Made by a program: the position numbers and the translations under genes | Shown here: one piece after another, positions 57,618-64,000 of the stretch | Layout: each line of letters opens with the position of its first letter | Numbering within the stretch: position 1 is the stretch's first letter | Notes under the pieces: model-generated | What the model was told of the DNA's origin: nothing | The model's input: only the letters and a program-made list of their open reading frames with translations | The model's database searches: none | Assembly (NCBI GenBank): GCA_002773855.1 | Contig: PEZY01000012.1 | Location: 68,255 to 132,254, forward strand | Reading direction: 5' to 3' | Origin: Candidatus Buchananbacteria bacterium CG10_big_fil_rev_8_21_14_0_10_33_19 | GTDB lineage: Bacteria; Patescibacteriota; Patescibacteriia; 2-01-FULL-39-33 | Length of the DNA: 64,000 nt

Positions 57618-57727
57618 GGCCTGTCTCCGTGCATGCTACAGTCGCACTGGTGAATGGACAGTCCGGTCTTGGGACAGGCGCAGTCACAGTGATCGGTTGG
57701 TAGCCCACACAATTTACATTTATCCAT
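57614..57727 (-). CDS. 37-aa Cys/His-rich micropeptide (island 1, gene 2)
   Basis: MDKCKLCGLPTDHCDCACPKTGLSIHQCDCSMHGDRP; AGGAGG 8 nt upstream of the ATG; start overlaps the gene-1 stop (ATGgaTAA). The longer ORF-track version (57614..57874) would overlap gene 1 by 155 nt. Confidence 0.5.
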   Translation of the reverse strand: MDKCKLCGLPTDHCDCACPKTGLSIHQCDCSMHGDRP

Positions 57728-58019
57728 TATTGATTTCCTCCTGTTGTTTTGCCCACCGATGATTGGATTCCTCAATCTTGAAGACCCAACGACGTAGGGT
57801 GATTCTGGTGCCAACTGCCAAATTATGACAGAGTTTGGAAATACGATCGGGAATGGTGATGTTTTTTGCCACACCTAGAGTGGCGATCACTAAACCCAAC
57901 AAGACCAATATCAGATCGAACCAAATGTTGATAAAGGGCAAGAAATCACCCGTGACCAACATCACAAGACCAAGGCCAAAAAACATCACGCCCCATTTTT
58001 TTGCAATGCTTACAAACAT
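57720..58019 (-). CDS. Small two-TM membrane protein, 99 aa (island 1, gene 1)
   Basis: AAGGAG 8 nt upstream of the ATG; two hydrophobic helices; GC-rich codon usage unlike the host. Confidence 0.55.
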   Translation of the reverse strand: MFVSIAKKWGVMFFGLGLVMLVTGDFLPFINIWFDLILVLLGLVIATLGVAKNITIPDRISKLCHNLAVGTRITLRRWVFKIEESNHRWAKQQEEINNG

Positions 58020-58140
58020 GGCTATTTCTCCTTAGTTTTCCGCATTTCAGTTAAAAACGAACTATTACCATTATAGCATACTTTAGTATTATTGTCAAGT
58101 GTATTGAGCTTATTTTAGTATCAAGGTAGAATTAAGCCAT

Positions 58141-59394
58141 ATGGACTTATTTGATCAAAATTTAGACCAAAAAATGGCCTCAGAAGCGCCTTTGGCCGAA
58201 AGAATGCGCCCAACTACTTTGGAGCACTTTTTTGGTCAAAATGAGGTTATCGGCTCTGGTAAAATGTTACGTCAGTTAATTGAGAAAGACGATATTCCGT
58301 CTTTGATATTTTGGGGTCCACCTGGATCTGGTAAAACCACTTTGGCCAGAATTATTGCTAACATGACTAACGCTGATTTTATCTCTTTTTCGGCGGTGAG
58401 CTCTGGGGTTAAAGATTTAAAAGAGATTATTTTAATCGCCCGTGATAAGCGTAAGTTTAATAATCGGCCAACTATTTTATTTATTGATGAAATTCATCGT
58501 TGGAATAAATCGCAACAAGATGCTCTGTTGCCATATGTAGAAAATGGCATTGTGACTTTGATTGGCGCGACGACAGAGAACCCGAGCTTTGAAGTGAATT
58601 CGGCTTTACTATCTAGAACTAAGATTTTTGTTTTAAATCAATTAAGTGAAACTGATTTATTAAATATTTTAAACAGGGCTTTGGCAAATAAAGAACAGGG
58701 TTTAGGTATTTATAAATCTAAAGTCGACGATGAAACACTTTTGTATTTAGCTAAATTAAGTAATGGTGATGCTCGGGCCTCGCTTAATGCTTTGGAGTTT
58801 GCGATAAAAGCGACTAAGTCAAATAAAAATGGTATAATAAAATTAGATACTAAAATTATCAAGGAGGCGCTCCAGAAATCGCATATTTATGATAAATCTG
58901 GTGAGCAGCATTACAATATAATTTCGGCTTTACACAAATCACTGCGGGGTTCTGATGCCGATGCCGCCTTGTACTGGTTAGCCAGAATGTTAGAAGCGGG
59001 GGAAAATCCACTGTATGTGGCTCGGCGCTTGGTACGCTTTGCTAGCGAGGATGTGGGTTTGGCTAATTCACGGGCCCTAGAACAGGCTGTGGCTGGATAT
59101 CAGGCCACTCACTTTATGGGTCTGCCAGAGTGCAATATTGTCTTGGCGCAAGTAGTCGTGTATTTGGCTAAATGTCCTAAAAGCAACCAGATTTATCGAG
59201 CTTATCTGGATGTTCAAAAAGATGTTAAAGAGACTATGGATGAACCAGTACCACTACATTTGCGGAATGCGCCGACCAAATTAATGAAAGATTTAAATTA
59301 CGGTAAAGATTATAAGTACAGCCCAGATTTTAATTATGAGGAAGATCAAGACTATTTGCCAGAGTCTTTAAGGGGCAAGAAATATTTAAAATAA
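58141..59394 (+). CDS. rarA: Recombination factor RarA/MgsA (AAA+ ATPase)
   Basis: Walker A GPPGSGKTT, Walker B ILFIDEIHR, MgsA C-terminal helical domain. Confidence 0.9.
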   Translation: MDLFDQNLDQKMASEAPLAERMRPTTLEHFFGQNEVIGSGKMLRQLIEKDDIPSLIFWGPPGSGKTTLARIIANMTNADFISFSAVSSGVKDLKEIILIARDKRKFNNRPTILFIDEIHRWNKSQQDALLPYVENGIVTLIGATTENPSFEVNSALLSRTKIFVLNQLSETDLLNILNRALANKEQGLGIYKSKVDDETLLYLAKLSNGDARASLNALEFAIKATKSNKNGIIKLDTKIIKEALQKSHIYDKSGEQHYNIISALHKSLRGSDADAALYWLARMLEAGENPLYVARRLVRFASEDVGLANSRALEQAVAGYQATHFMGLPECNIVLAQVVVYLAKCPKSNQIYRAYLDVQKDVKETMDEPVPLHLRNAPTKLMKDLNYGKDYKYSPDFNYEEDQDYLPESLRGKKYLK

Positions 59395-59398
59395 TAAT

Positions 59399-59881
59399 AT
59401 GATCAGAGAAAAATCAGTCGGTATAATTTTATTCCGTTACAATAATCGCGACAAAGAGATTCAATATTTAGTTTTGTATCATCGGGGGACTTATTGGAAT
59501 TTCCCCAAAGGTAAAGTGGAGACTGGCGAATCCGAAATAGAAACCGCTAAGCGAGAATTAATGGAAGAAACCGGCATTTCTAATATTCAGCCAGTTAAAG
59601 GCTGGCGGCAACAAACTAATTTCTTTTTCAAAGAGGATCGAGGTGGCAAGCAAGAATTAATTAAAAAAGATTTTATTTTGTATTTAGCTAAAATGCCCAA
59701 AGACGCCGAGGTAAAAATATCCGGCGAGCATAATGGCTTTGCTTGGTTTAATTATAAGGTGGCCGGTAAATACTTGAAATTCAAGAGTTTGAAAGAAATT
59801 ATGCAAGAAGCCGATTCCTATGTGAGTAAACAAATAGAAGAGTATCGAAAACGAAAAAGTAATCAAAGAAAAAAGAAATAA
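59399..59881 (+). CDS. NUDIX hydrolase
   Basis: Nudix box GKVETGESEIETAKRELMEETG. Confidence 0.8.
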   Translation: MIREKSVGIILFRYNNRDKEIQYLVLYHRGTYWNFPKGKVETGESEIETAKRELMEETGISNIQPVKGWRQQTNFFFKEDRGGKQELIKKDFILYLAKMPKDAEVKISGEHNGFAWFNYKVAGKYLKFKSLKEIMQEADSYVSKQIEEYRKRKSNQRKKK

Positions 59882-59892
59882 TTTTTATAAAA

Positions 59893-59920
59893 AAATAGCC
59901 CCGTGAACGTCATTGTTCAC
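59893..59920. terminator. Bidirectional terminator (strong for the minus-strand island-2 gene, weaker for the NUDIX gene)
   Basis: ccccgtgaac-gtcattg-ttcacgtgg; AAAAAAT upstream on plus, which reads as a T run on minus. Confidence 0.55.
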
Positions 59921-59944
59921 GTGGTTTGTGTTTGTGGCGGTTAC

Positions 59945-60187
59945 CTACCGGAAGTGTCCGCCGACTTCGATTTGACGGAAGCTCCGCCGGGGGATTTTGA
60001 AGGCATTGCCATCACCATCCTCGTTTTGCTCCCAGAGCGTACTGGAACAGTACGACCATCTGCCATTAATGCGGTAAATGTGCTTGGTGCACTTCCGACC
60101 GGCGATATTGGCGATGACCTCGGCCTTGTTCGGGCCACTCATGCTGATGACGCGGACGACTCGGGGAGCATTCTTCGTGGTTGCCAT
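59945..60187 (-). CDS. Hypothetical 80-aa basic protein in GC-rich island 2
   Basis: GGAGGAAGAAGG directly upstream of ATG 60187; the ORF-track start at 60202 lacks an SD. Followed on the minus strand by hairpin plus T-run terminator. GC-rich unlike the flanks. Confidence 0.45.
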   Translation of the reverse strand: MATTKNAPRVVRVISMSGPNKAEVIANIAGRKCTKHIYRINGRWSYCSSTLWEQNEDGDGNAFKIPRRSFRQIEVGGHFR

Positions 60188-60294
60188 TCCTTCTTCCTCC
60201 ATTTTTTTGTTGGAGTTTACGGTTTAGTTGCTCACATTGAGCTAACTTTGAAAATAACTTTTTAATGGTTTACAATTTGGTTAATATTAAATTT

Positions 60295-60852
60295 ATGACT
60301 AATAGTCTAAAACCAAAATTATTATTTCATAGTTGTTGTGCGCCTTGTAGTGGTTATTTGGTGTCGGAATTGGTGAAAAATTTTGAGGTAGCAGTTTATT
60401 ATAATAACCCTAATATTTATCCGGCCAGTGAATATCAGATTAGAAAAAATGAAGCGCAGAAATTTTTTACTGATTATGGAGTTAAATTTATTGAAATTGA
60501 TTATGATCATAATAAATGGCTAGAGTTAGTCAAGGGTTTAGAGCACGAACCAGAAAGAGGTCGGCGGTGTATTTTGTGTTATCATTTTCGATTAGAGAGT
60601 GCGGCCAAATATGCCAAAGCTCATGATTATGATTTTTTTGCTTCGAGTTTGGCAATTAGTCCCTATAAAAAATCTCAGGTTTTAAACAATCTCGGTCGGG
60701 CTATTGCCAAGAAAATTGGTGTTGATTTTATTGCTGAGGATTGGAAGAAAAAAGATGGTTATAAAAAAGCCACAGCTTTTGCTAAGGACTTTGATTTTTA
60801 TCGGCAAGATTATTGTGGTTGTGAATTTTCTAGACGTAGCACAAATATATAA
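60295..60852 (+). CDS. queH: Epoxyqueuosine reductase QueH (DUF208 family)
   Basis: LLFHSCCAPCSGY Fe-S cysteine motif, then conserved C..C..H and CGCEFS; start ATG 60295. Confidence 0.75.
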   Translation: MTNSLKPKLLFHSCCAPCSGYLVSELVKNFEVAVYYNNPNIYPASEYQIRKNEAQKFFTDYGVKFIEIDYDHNKWLELVKGLEHEPERGRRCILCYHFRLESAAKYAKAHDYDFFASSLAISPYKKSQVLNNLGRAIAKKIGVDFIAEDWKKKDGYKKATAFAKDFDFYRQDYCGCEFSRRSTNI

Positions 60853-60945
60853 GGTGTTATGCGTGGTGTGCTATATGTTACACGCAGTTGATTTATTAGT
60901 CATAAATATTGTATAATTAATTCAATAGTTACCAATTATAGACTT

Positions 60946-61281
60946 ATGCTACCAGATAAATGGGAACAAACTAAAGGACATATCTTGGATACTTTTTCTA
61001 ATGTAGAAATTAGTGCAATGGAATTACCAGATCCCGAAGTCGGCAAAAAAGAAATTGTCTTGTTTAGTGGTCCACTTGGTCAAATGAAATTAGAATATTA
61101 CACTAAGCCAGTTATTTTAAATCGAAATACTCATGGCTCTAGGCGGATTGGTTCACATACAGCGGTTGAATATGTTTATTCAAATAGTGACTTTACTCAT
61201 TATTTGAAAGTTTATAAGCTTGATCTAGATAGTGATGAGTGGCAAGAAATGGCTATAGAAAAAGGCTCTTTTAATTTATAA
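60946..61281 (+). CDS. Hypothetical protein
   Basis: 111 aa, no motifs recognised. Confidence 0.35.
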   Translation: MLPDKWEQTKGHILDTFSNVEISAMELPDPEVGKKEIVLFSGPLGQMKLEYYTKPVILNRNTHGSRRIGSHTAVEYVYSNSDFTHYLKVYKLDLDSDEWQEMAIEKGSFNL

Positions 61282-61305
61282 TTTAAATTTAATTTAAAAA
61301 AATCT

Positions 61306-61668
61306 ATGTTATTAAAAAAACTTTTTAAGCAATTGGGTCATAGTCAGTCGGTTTCTACTACTGAGTTATTTAAATTTGGGGCTATCGCTGGATTAGTTGA
61401 AGTAGTTTATATAGTTTTGGTGGCCACTTTTATGTTATTAGCTCAATCATTATTTCCAGATACTCCATCTGGGGTTATTGTGGGTATAGTTTCATTTTTA
61501 ACTGTTTTTGTTTTTAGTGCCACTGTTTCTGGGGTTATTATGTTGGGTTTGCCGCTTTATTTTGCTATTGAAAAGAAATATAAAGAAGCTTTAATTATAT
61601 TGTTGTCATCTGGCTTCTCTTTGATGGCTATTTTGATTATTATGATGTTGGGTAAATTTTTTATTTAG
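61306..61668 (+). CDS. Hypothetical membrane protein
   Basis: Three predicted TM helices. Confidence 0.35.
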   Translation: MLLKKLFKQLGHSQSVSTTELFKFGAIAGLVEVVYIVLVATFMLLAQSLFPDTPSGVIVGIVSFLTVFVFSATVSGVIMLGLPLYFAIEKKYKEALIILLSSGFSLMAILIIMMLGKFFI

Positions 61669-61688
61669 TAATTATCTAAAATAATATT

Positions 61689-62432
61689 ATGTATTATGTA
61701 ATTGGGATTATTGTATTCTTAATAGTTATTAGTTTAAGACAGATTAATGAATACGAAAGAGGTATTAGATTTCAATTTGGTAAATTTAATAGCGTGATGA
61801 TGCCAGGTTGGCGTATTATCTGGCCGATTATTCAAACTATGCAAAAAGTGGATATTCGAGTTAAAGCGGTAGATGTGCCAGATCAAGAGGCTATTACCAA
61901 GGATAATATTTCCGTCAGAATTAATGCGGTTATTTATTATAAAGTTAGTGATGCGGCTAAAGCAATTATCGAAGTGGAAAATTTTACCTACGCTATTTCT
62001 CAATTAGCGCAAACCACTATGCGCAATGCTAGTGGTGAGGTGAGCTTGGATGAATTATTGAGTAATCGTGATCAAATTTCTTCTAGAATTCAAAAAATCG
62101 TTGATGAGGCTTCTGATCCCTGGGGTATTAAGGTAATCAATGTGGAATTAAAAGATGTCCAATTGCCAGAGGAAATGAAACGAACTATTGCTAAACAAGC
62201 AGAGGCGGAGCGTGAAAAACGAGCGGTTATTATTAAAGCTGAAGGTGAAGTAGCGGCGGCTGAAAATATGGCCAAAGCGGCTGGCGTGTTGGCTGGTTCG
62301 CCTGGTGCCCTACATCTAAGAACCTTGCAATCTATTAATGATTTATCTTCAGATCAGTCCAATACCGTTGTTTTCGCTTTACCACTAGAGGTTTTACGAG
62401 CCTTTGAAGGTATGACTAGAAATAAATTTTAA
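61689..62432 (+). CDS. SPFH/band-7 family protein (stomatin/HflK-C-like)
   Basis: N-terminal TM, then SPFH core (WRIIWPIIQTMQKVDIRVKAVDVPDQEAITKDNISVRINAVIYYKV) and a coiled-coil. Confidence 0.8.
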   Translation: MYYVIGIIVFLIVISLRQINEYERGIRFQFGKFNSVMMPGWRIIWPIIQTMQKVDIRVKAVDVPDQEAITKDNISVRINAVIYYKVSDAAKAIIEVENFTYAISQLAQTTMRNASGEVSLDELLSNRDQISSRIQKIVDEASDPWGIKVINVELKDVQLPEEMKRTIAKQAEAEREKRAVIIKAEGEVAAAENMAKAAGVLAGSPGALHLRTLQSINDLSSDQSNTVVFALPLEVLRAFEGMTRNKF

Positions 62433-62436
62433 AATA

Positions 62437-62871
62437 ATGACAACGTTAACAGACAGAACTCCATCACCACAAGTCATTACCGCTTTTGTAATTGTTTTTG
62501 TAGTTATTTCTAGTATTATAATTTCTTTGGGTAATTATTATGGTCAAAATACTAACCATCAAGTGGCGGGAGCGATAGATACAGCTGATCAAATTAAATT
62601 AACCAATGAATATAAAACAGCTTTTCTGTCCGAGTTTGATGATTATTTAATTTTAGATACAGATAGTGATTGGATGAATAGTGACATATTATCTAGTACG
62701 GTAACTATTAAGAATAATTTGTTGGCTTTAAAAGTGCCAAGTGAGTTTAAGCAGATTCATCTAAATGCAGTTGTAGCTTTATCGGAAATTGAAAAAGGCA
62801 TTAATGTTAAAGATTTAGATTTAGTGTTGCCTAATGTGTACAAGCTGCGCGATATAATAGCTAATTTTTAG
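62437..62871 (+). CDS. Hypothetical membrane-anchored protein
   Basis: N-terminal TM; follows the SPFH gene (a NfeD-like partner role is possible but unsupported). Confidence 0.35.
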   Translation: MTTLTDRTPSPQVITAFVIVFVVISSIIISLGNYYGQNTNHQVAGAIDTADQIKLTNEYKTAFLSEFDDYLILDTDSDWMNSDILSSTVTIKNNLLALKVPSEFKQIHLNAVVALSEIEKGINVKDLDLVLPNVYKLRDIIANF

Positions 62872-62878
62872 TTGATCA

Positions 62879-63646
62879 ATGATATTTATTTTAATTAGAA
62901 TATTTCCTTTCGTTTTTCCAATTGTTTATTTTATTTTTTTGAAATTGATGTTTGTTTTTTATAATAATGTGCCTTGGTTGGTGACAACAGCACTATTTAT
63001 AAATTTTTGGTACTTTTTATTTATCTATTCAAAAACTAAAAATAAAGAAGTTTTTGTTTTTCTGATTCATTCGTTTATTTTTGTGATAACTGGTTTCTTT
63101 TATGTGTTAATTTTAGGTAGTCAGACATTTATTAATTTATTTTTAGTAATTTGGTCATTATTGTATTTTTTATATTTAGAATCAATTTTTCATTATTTTT
63201 ATGACACTAAAAAAGTTGTAGTTTTAAATTTAAAAAATATTGTAGCTTATATTAATTTGATCACACTTTTCTTTTTAGTAGCTTTCCTGATTAATATTCA
63301 TATATTTATTAACTTTTCTATTGGACTGGTTTATTTTGGTGTGTTTATTGCTAGTTTTTTATTAGTTTTTAGTCGGTTTAAAATTAATGGAGTTAGTTGG
63401 CAAAAAAACTTGCTCTATTCGTTTTTATTATCGATAATGATTATCGAGGTCTTGGTAGCAGTTTTATTCTTACCAGTTAGTTTTTATGTGTCAGCAGTTA
63501 TTATTGCCATTGTTTATTATGTTTTAAGTTCCATACTAGCTATTAGTACCAAAAAAGCTTTAAATAAAATGGTAATTTGGCAGTATATCATCTTTACTTT
63601 GATTTCCATATTTATCATTGCTATAACTTCACAATGGGGACTTTAA
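62879..63646 (+). CDS. Hypothetical polytopic membrane protein
   Basis: 255 aa, about 8 hydrophobic helices. Confidence 0.35.
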   Translation: MIFILIRIFPFVFPIVYFIFLKLMFVFYNNVPWLVTTALFINFWYFLFIYSKTKNKEVFVFLIHSFIFVITGFFYVLILGSQTFINLFLVIWSLLYFLYLESIFHYFYDTKKVVVLNLKNIVAYINLITLFFLVAFLINIHIFINFSIGLVYFGVFIASFLLVFSRFKINGVSWQKNLLYSFLLSIMIIEVLVAVLFLPVSFYVSAVIIAIVYYVLSSILAISTKKALNKMVIWQYIIFTLISIFIIAITSQWGL

Positions 63647-63664
63647 TAAATTAGATTTAAAAAA

Positions 63665-64000
63665 ATGAAAACAATCAGGACTGAATTATTATTAATTATT
63701 GGTTTAACTATTATTGTGGGGTTTGTGTCTGGTGTTTTAGGCTATGTATTTATTGCTTTGGGTGGTAATCGTATACCACTTTTTGGACAAATTAATATCA
63801 GTGATACTGGTTGGAATAATCAAATAGTTATCGATCAGCCTCGCAGTGTGGTAGTAGAACAAGATATTCAGGTTCAGCAAGTAGAAAATAATGTGTTACC
63901 AACTCTGATTAATATTTATACTGCTAAAAAATCTTCTAATCCAATTAATCAAGTTTATTTGCCAGCTGAAATTTTGGCTAACGGAGTGGTAATCACAGCC
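63665..64000 (+). CDS. Hypothetical membrane-anchored protein, 3' partial (runs off the window)
   Basis: ATG 63665, N-terminal TM, open to the window end. Confidence 0.35.
   Translation, partial: MKTIRTELLLIIGLTIIVGFVSGVLGYVFIALGGNRIPLFGQINISDTGWNNQIVIDQPRSVVVEQDIQVQQVENNVLPTLINIYTAKKSSNPINQVYLPAEILANGVVITA

Noticed and set aside
57111-58035. Plus-strand ORFs 57111..57305, 57387..57653, 57835..58035, minus-strand ORF 57302..57577, and the long version of 57614..57874 within GC island 1
   Set aside because: High GC generates open frames on both strands. The chosen minus-strand set has canonical SDs, overlapping start/stop coupling and a terminator. The alternatives overlap these extensively and lack SDs.
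59903-60265. 120-aa plus-strand ORF in GC islet 2
   Set aside because: Starts inside the terminator hairpin, has no SD and runs into the queH start. The minus-strand ORF has a strong SD and a proper terminator. Retained only as an alternative.

Overview
Low-GC (roughly one-third G+C by eye), gene-dense bacterial segment. Lineage signatures point to a Candidate Phyla Radiation/Patescibacteria-like genome. No L30 gene lies between rpsE and rplO. S14 is the Z-type. Several r-proteins carry terminal extensions. There are many small membrane proteins of unknown function and weak Shine-Dalgarno usage. Backbone, in order: 5'-partial ComEC; a collagen-repeat/LamG lipoprotein; an MBL-fold protein; a response regulator; ndk; convergent rpmB; an M50 protease; the str operon rpsL-rpsG-fusA; a 1.7-kb non-coding/accessory gap; tuf; rpsJ; a near-complete S10-spc cluster (rplC through rplO, secY); two tandem paralogous secreted proteins inserted before adk-map; ruvX; recO; a divergent two-gene operon of unknown function; aspS with a possible T-box-like leader; membrane proteins; a YbaK-like deacylase with a poly-Lys tail; scpAB; a D,D-carboxypeptidase; tpiA; tRNA-Thr/tRNA-Tyr; an ABC exporter; a Cas4-like nuclease; tRNA-Thr; rpmG; tRNA-Trp; peroxiredoxin; an ECF sigma factor; HU; a GT28-like glycosyltransferase; an IscR-like regulator plus sufCBDSU; a SpoU methyltransferase; uppS; rarA; NUDIX; queH; a stomatin-like protein; and membrane proteins. 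Eight observations stand out. (1) Two GC-rich islands (about half G+C) carry minus-strand genes with strong SD sequences; one is a translationally coupled three-gene operon encoding a small membrane protein, a 37-aa Cys/His-rich micropeptide and a 121-aa protein with a Cys-rich tail after a Gly-Gly. (2) A structured intergenic repeat of about 0.5 kb is present in two copies; compensatory base changes preserve three hairpins, and one copy abuts GC island 1. (3) A bipartite intergenic element (GTAG-rich, then A/T-rich, then CTAC-rich ending ACCTAA about 10 nt before the ATG) recurs at six gene junctions. (4) A 49-bp perfect direct repeat of the tRNA-Trp 3' end plus terminator brackets a 159-bp GC-rich segment that begins with an inverted tRNA T-arm copy. 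(5) Tandem secreted paralogs with their own promoter and terminator sit between secY and adk. (6) A two-gene minus-strand operon of unknown function lies between recO and aspS. (7) The two ComEC domains are encoded by separate genes. (8) A 310-nt structured S10-L3 spacer. No CRISPR array, rRNA gene or recognisable transposase is present.
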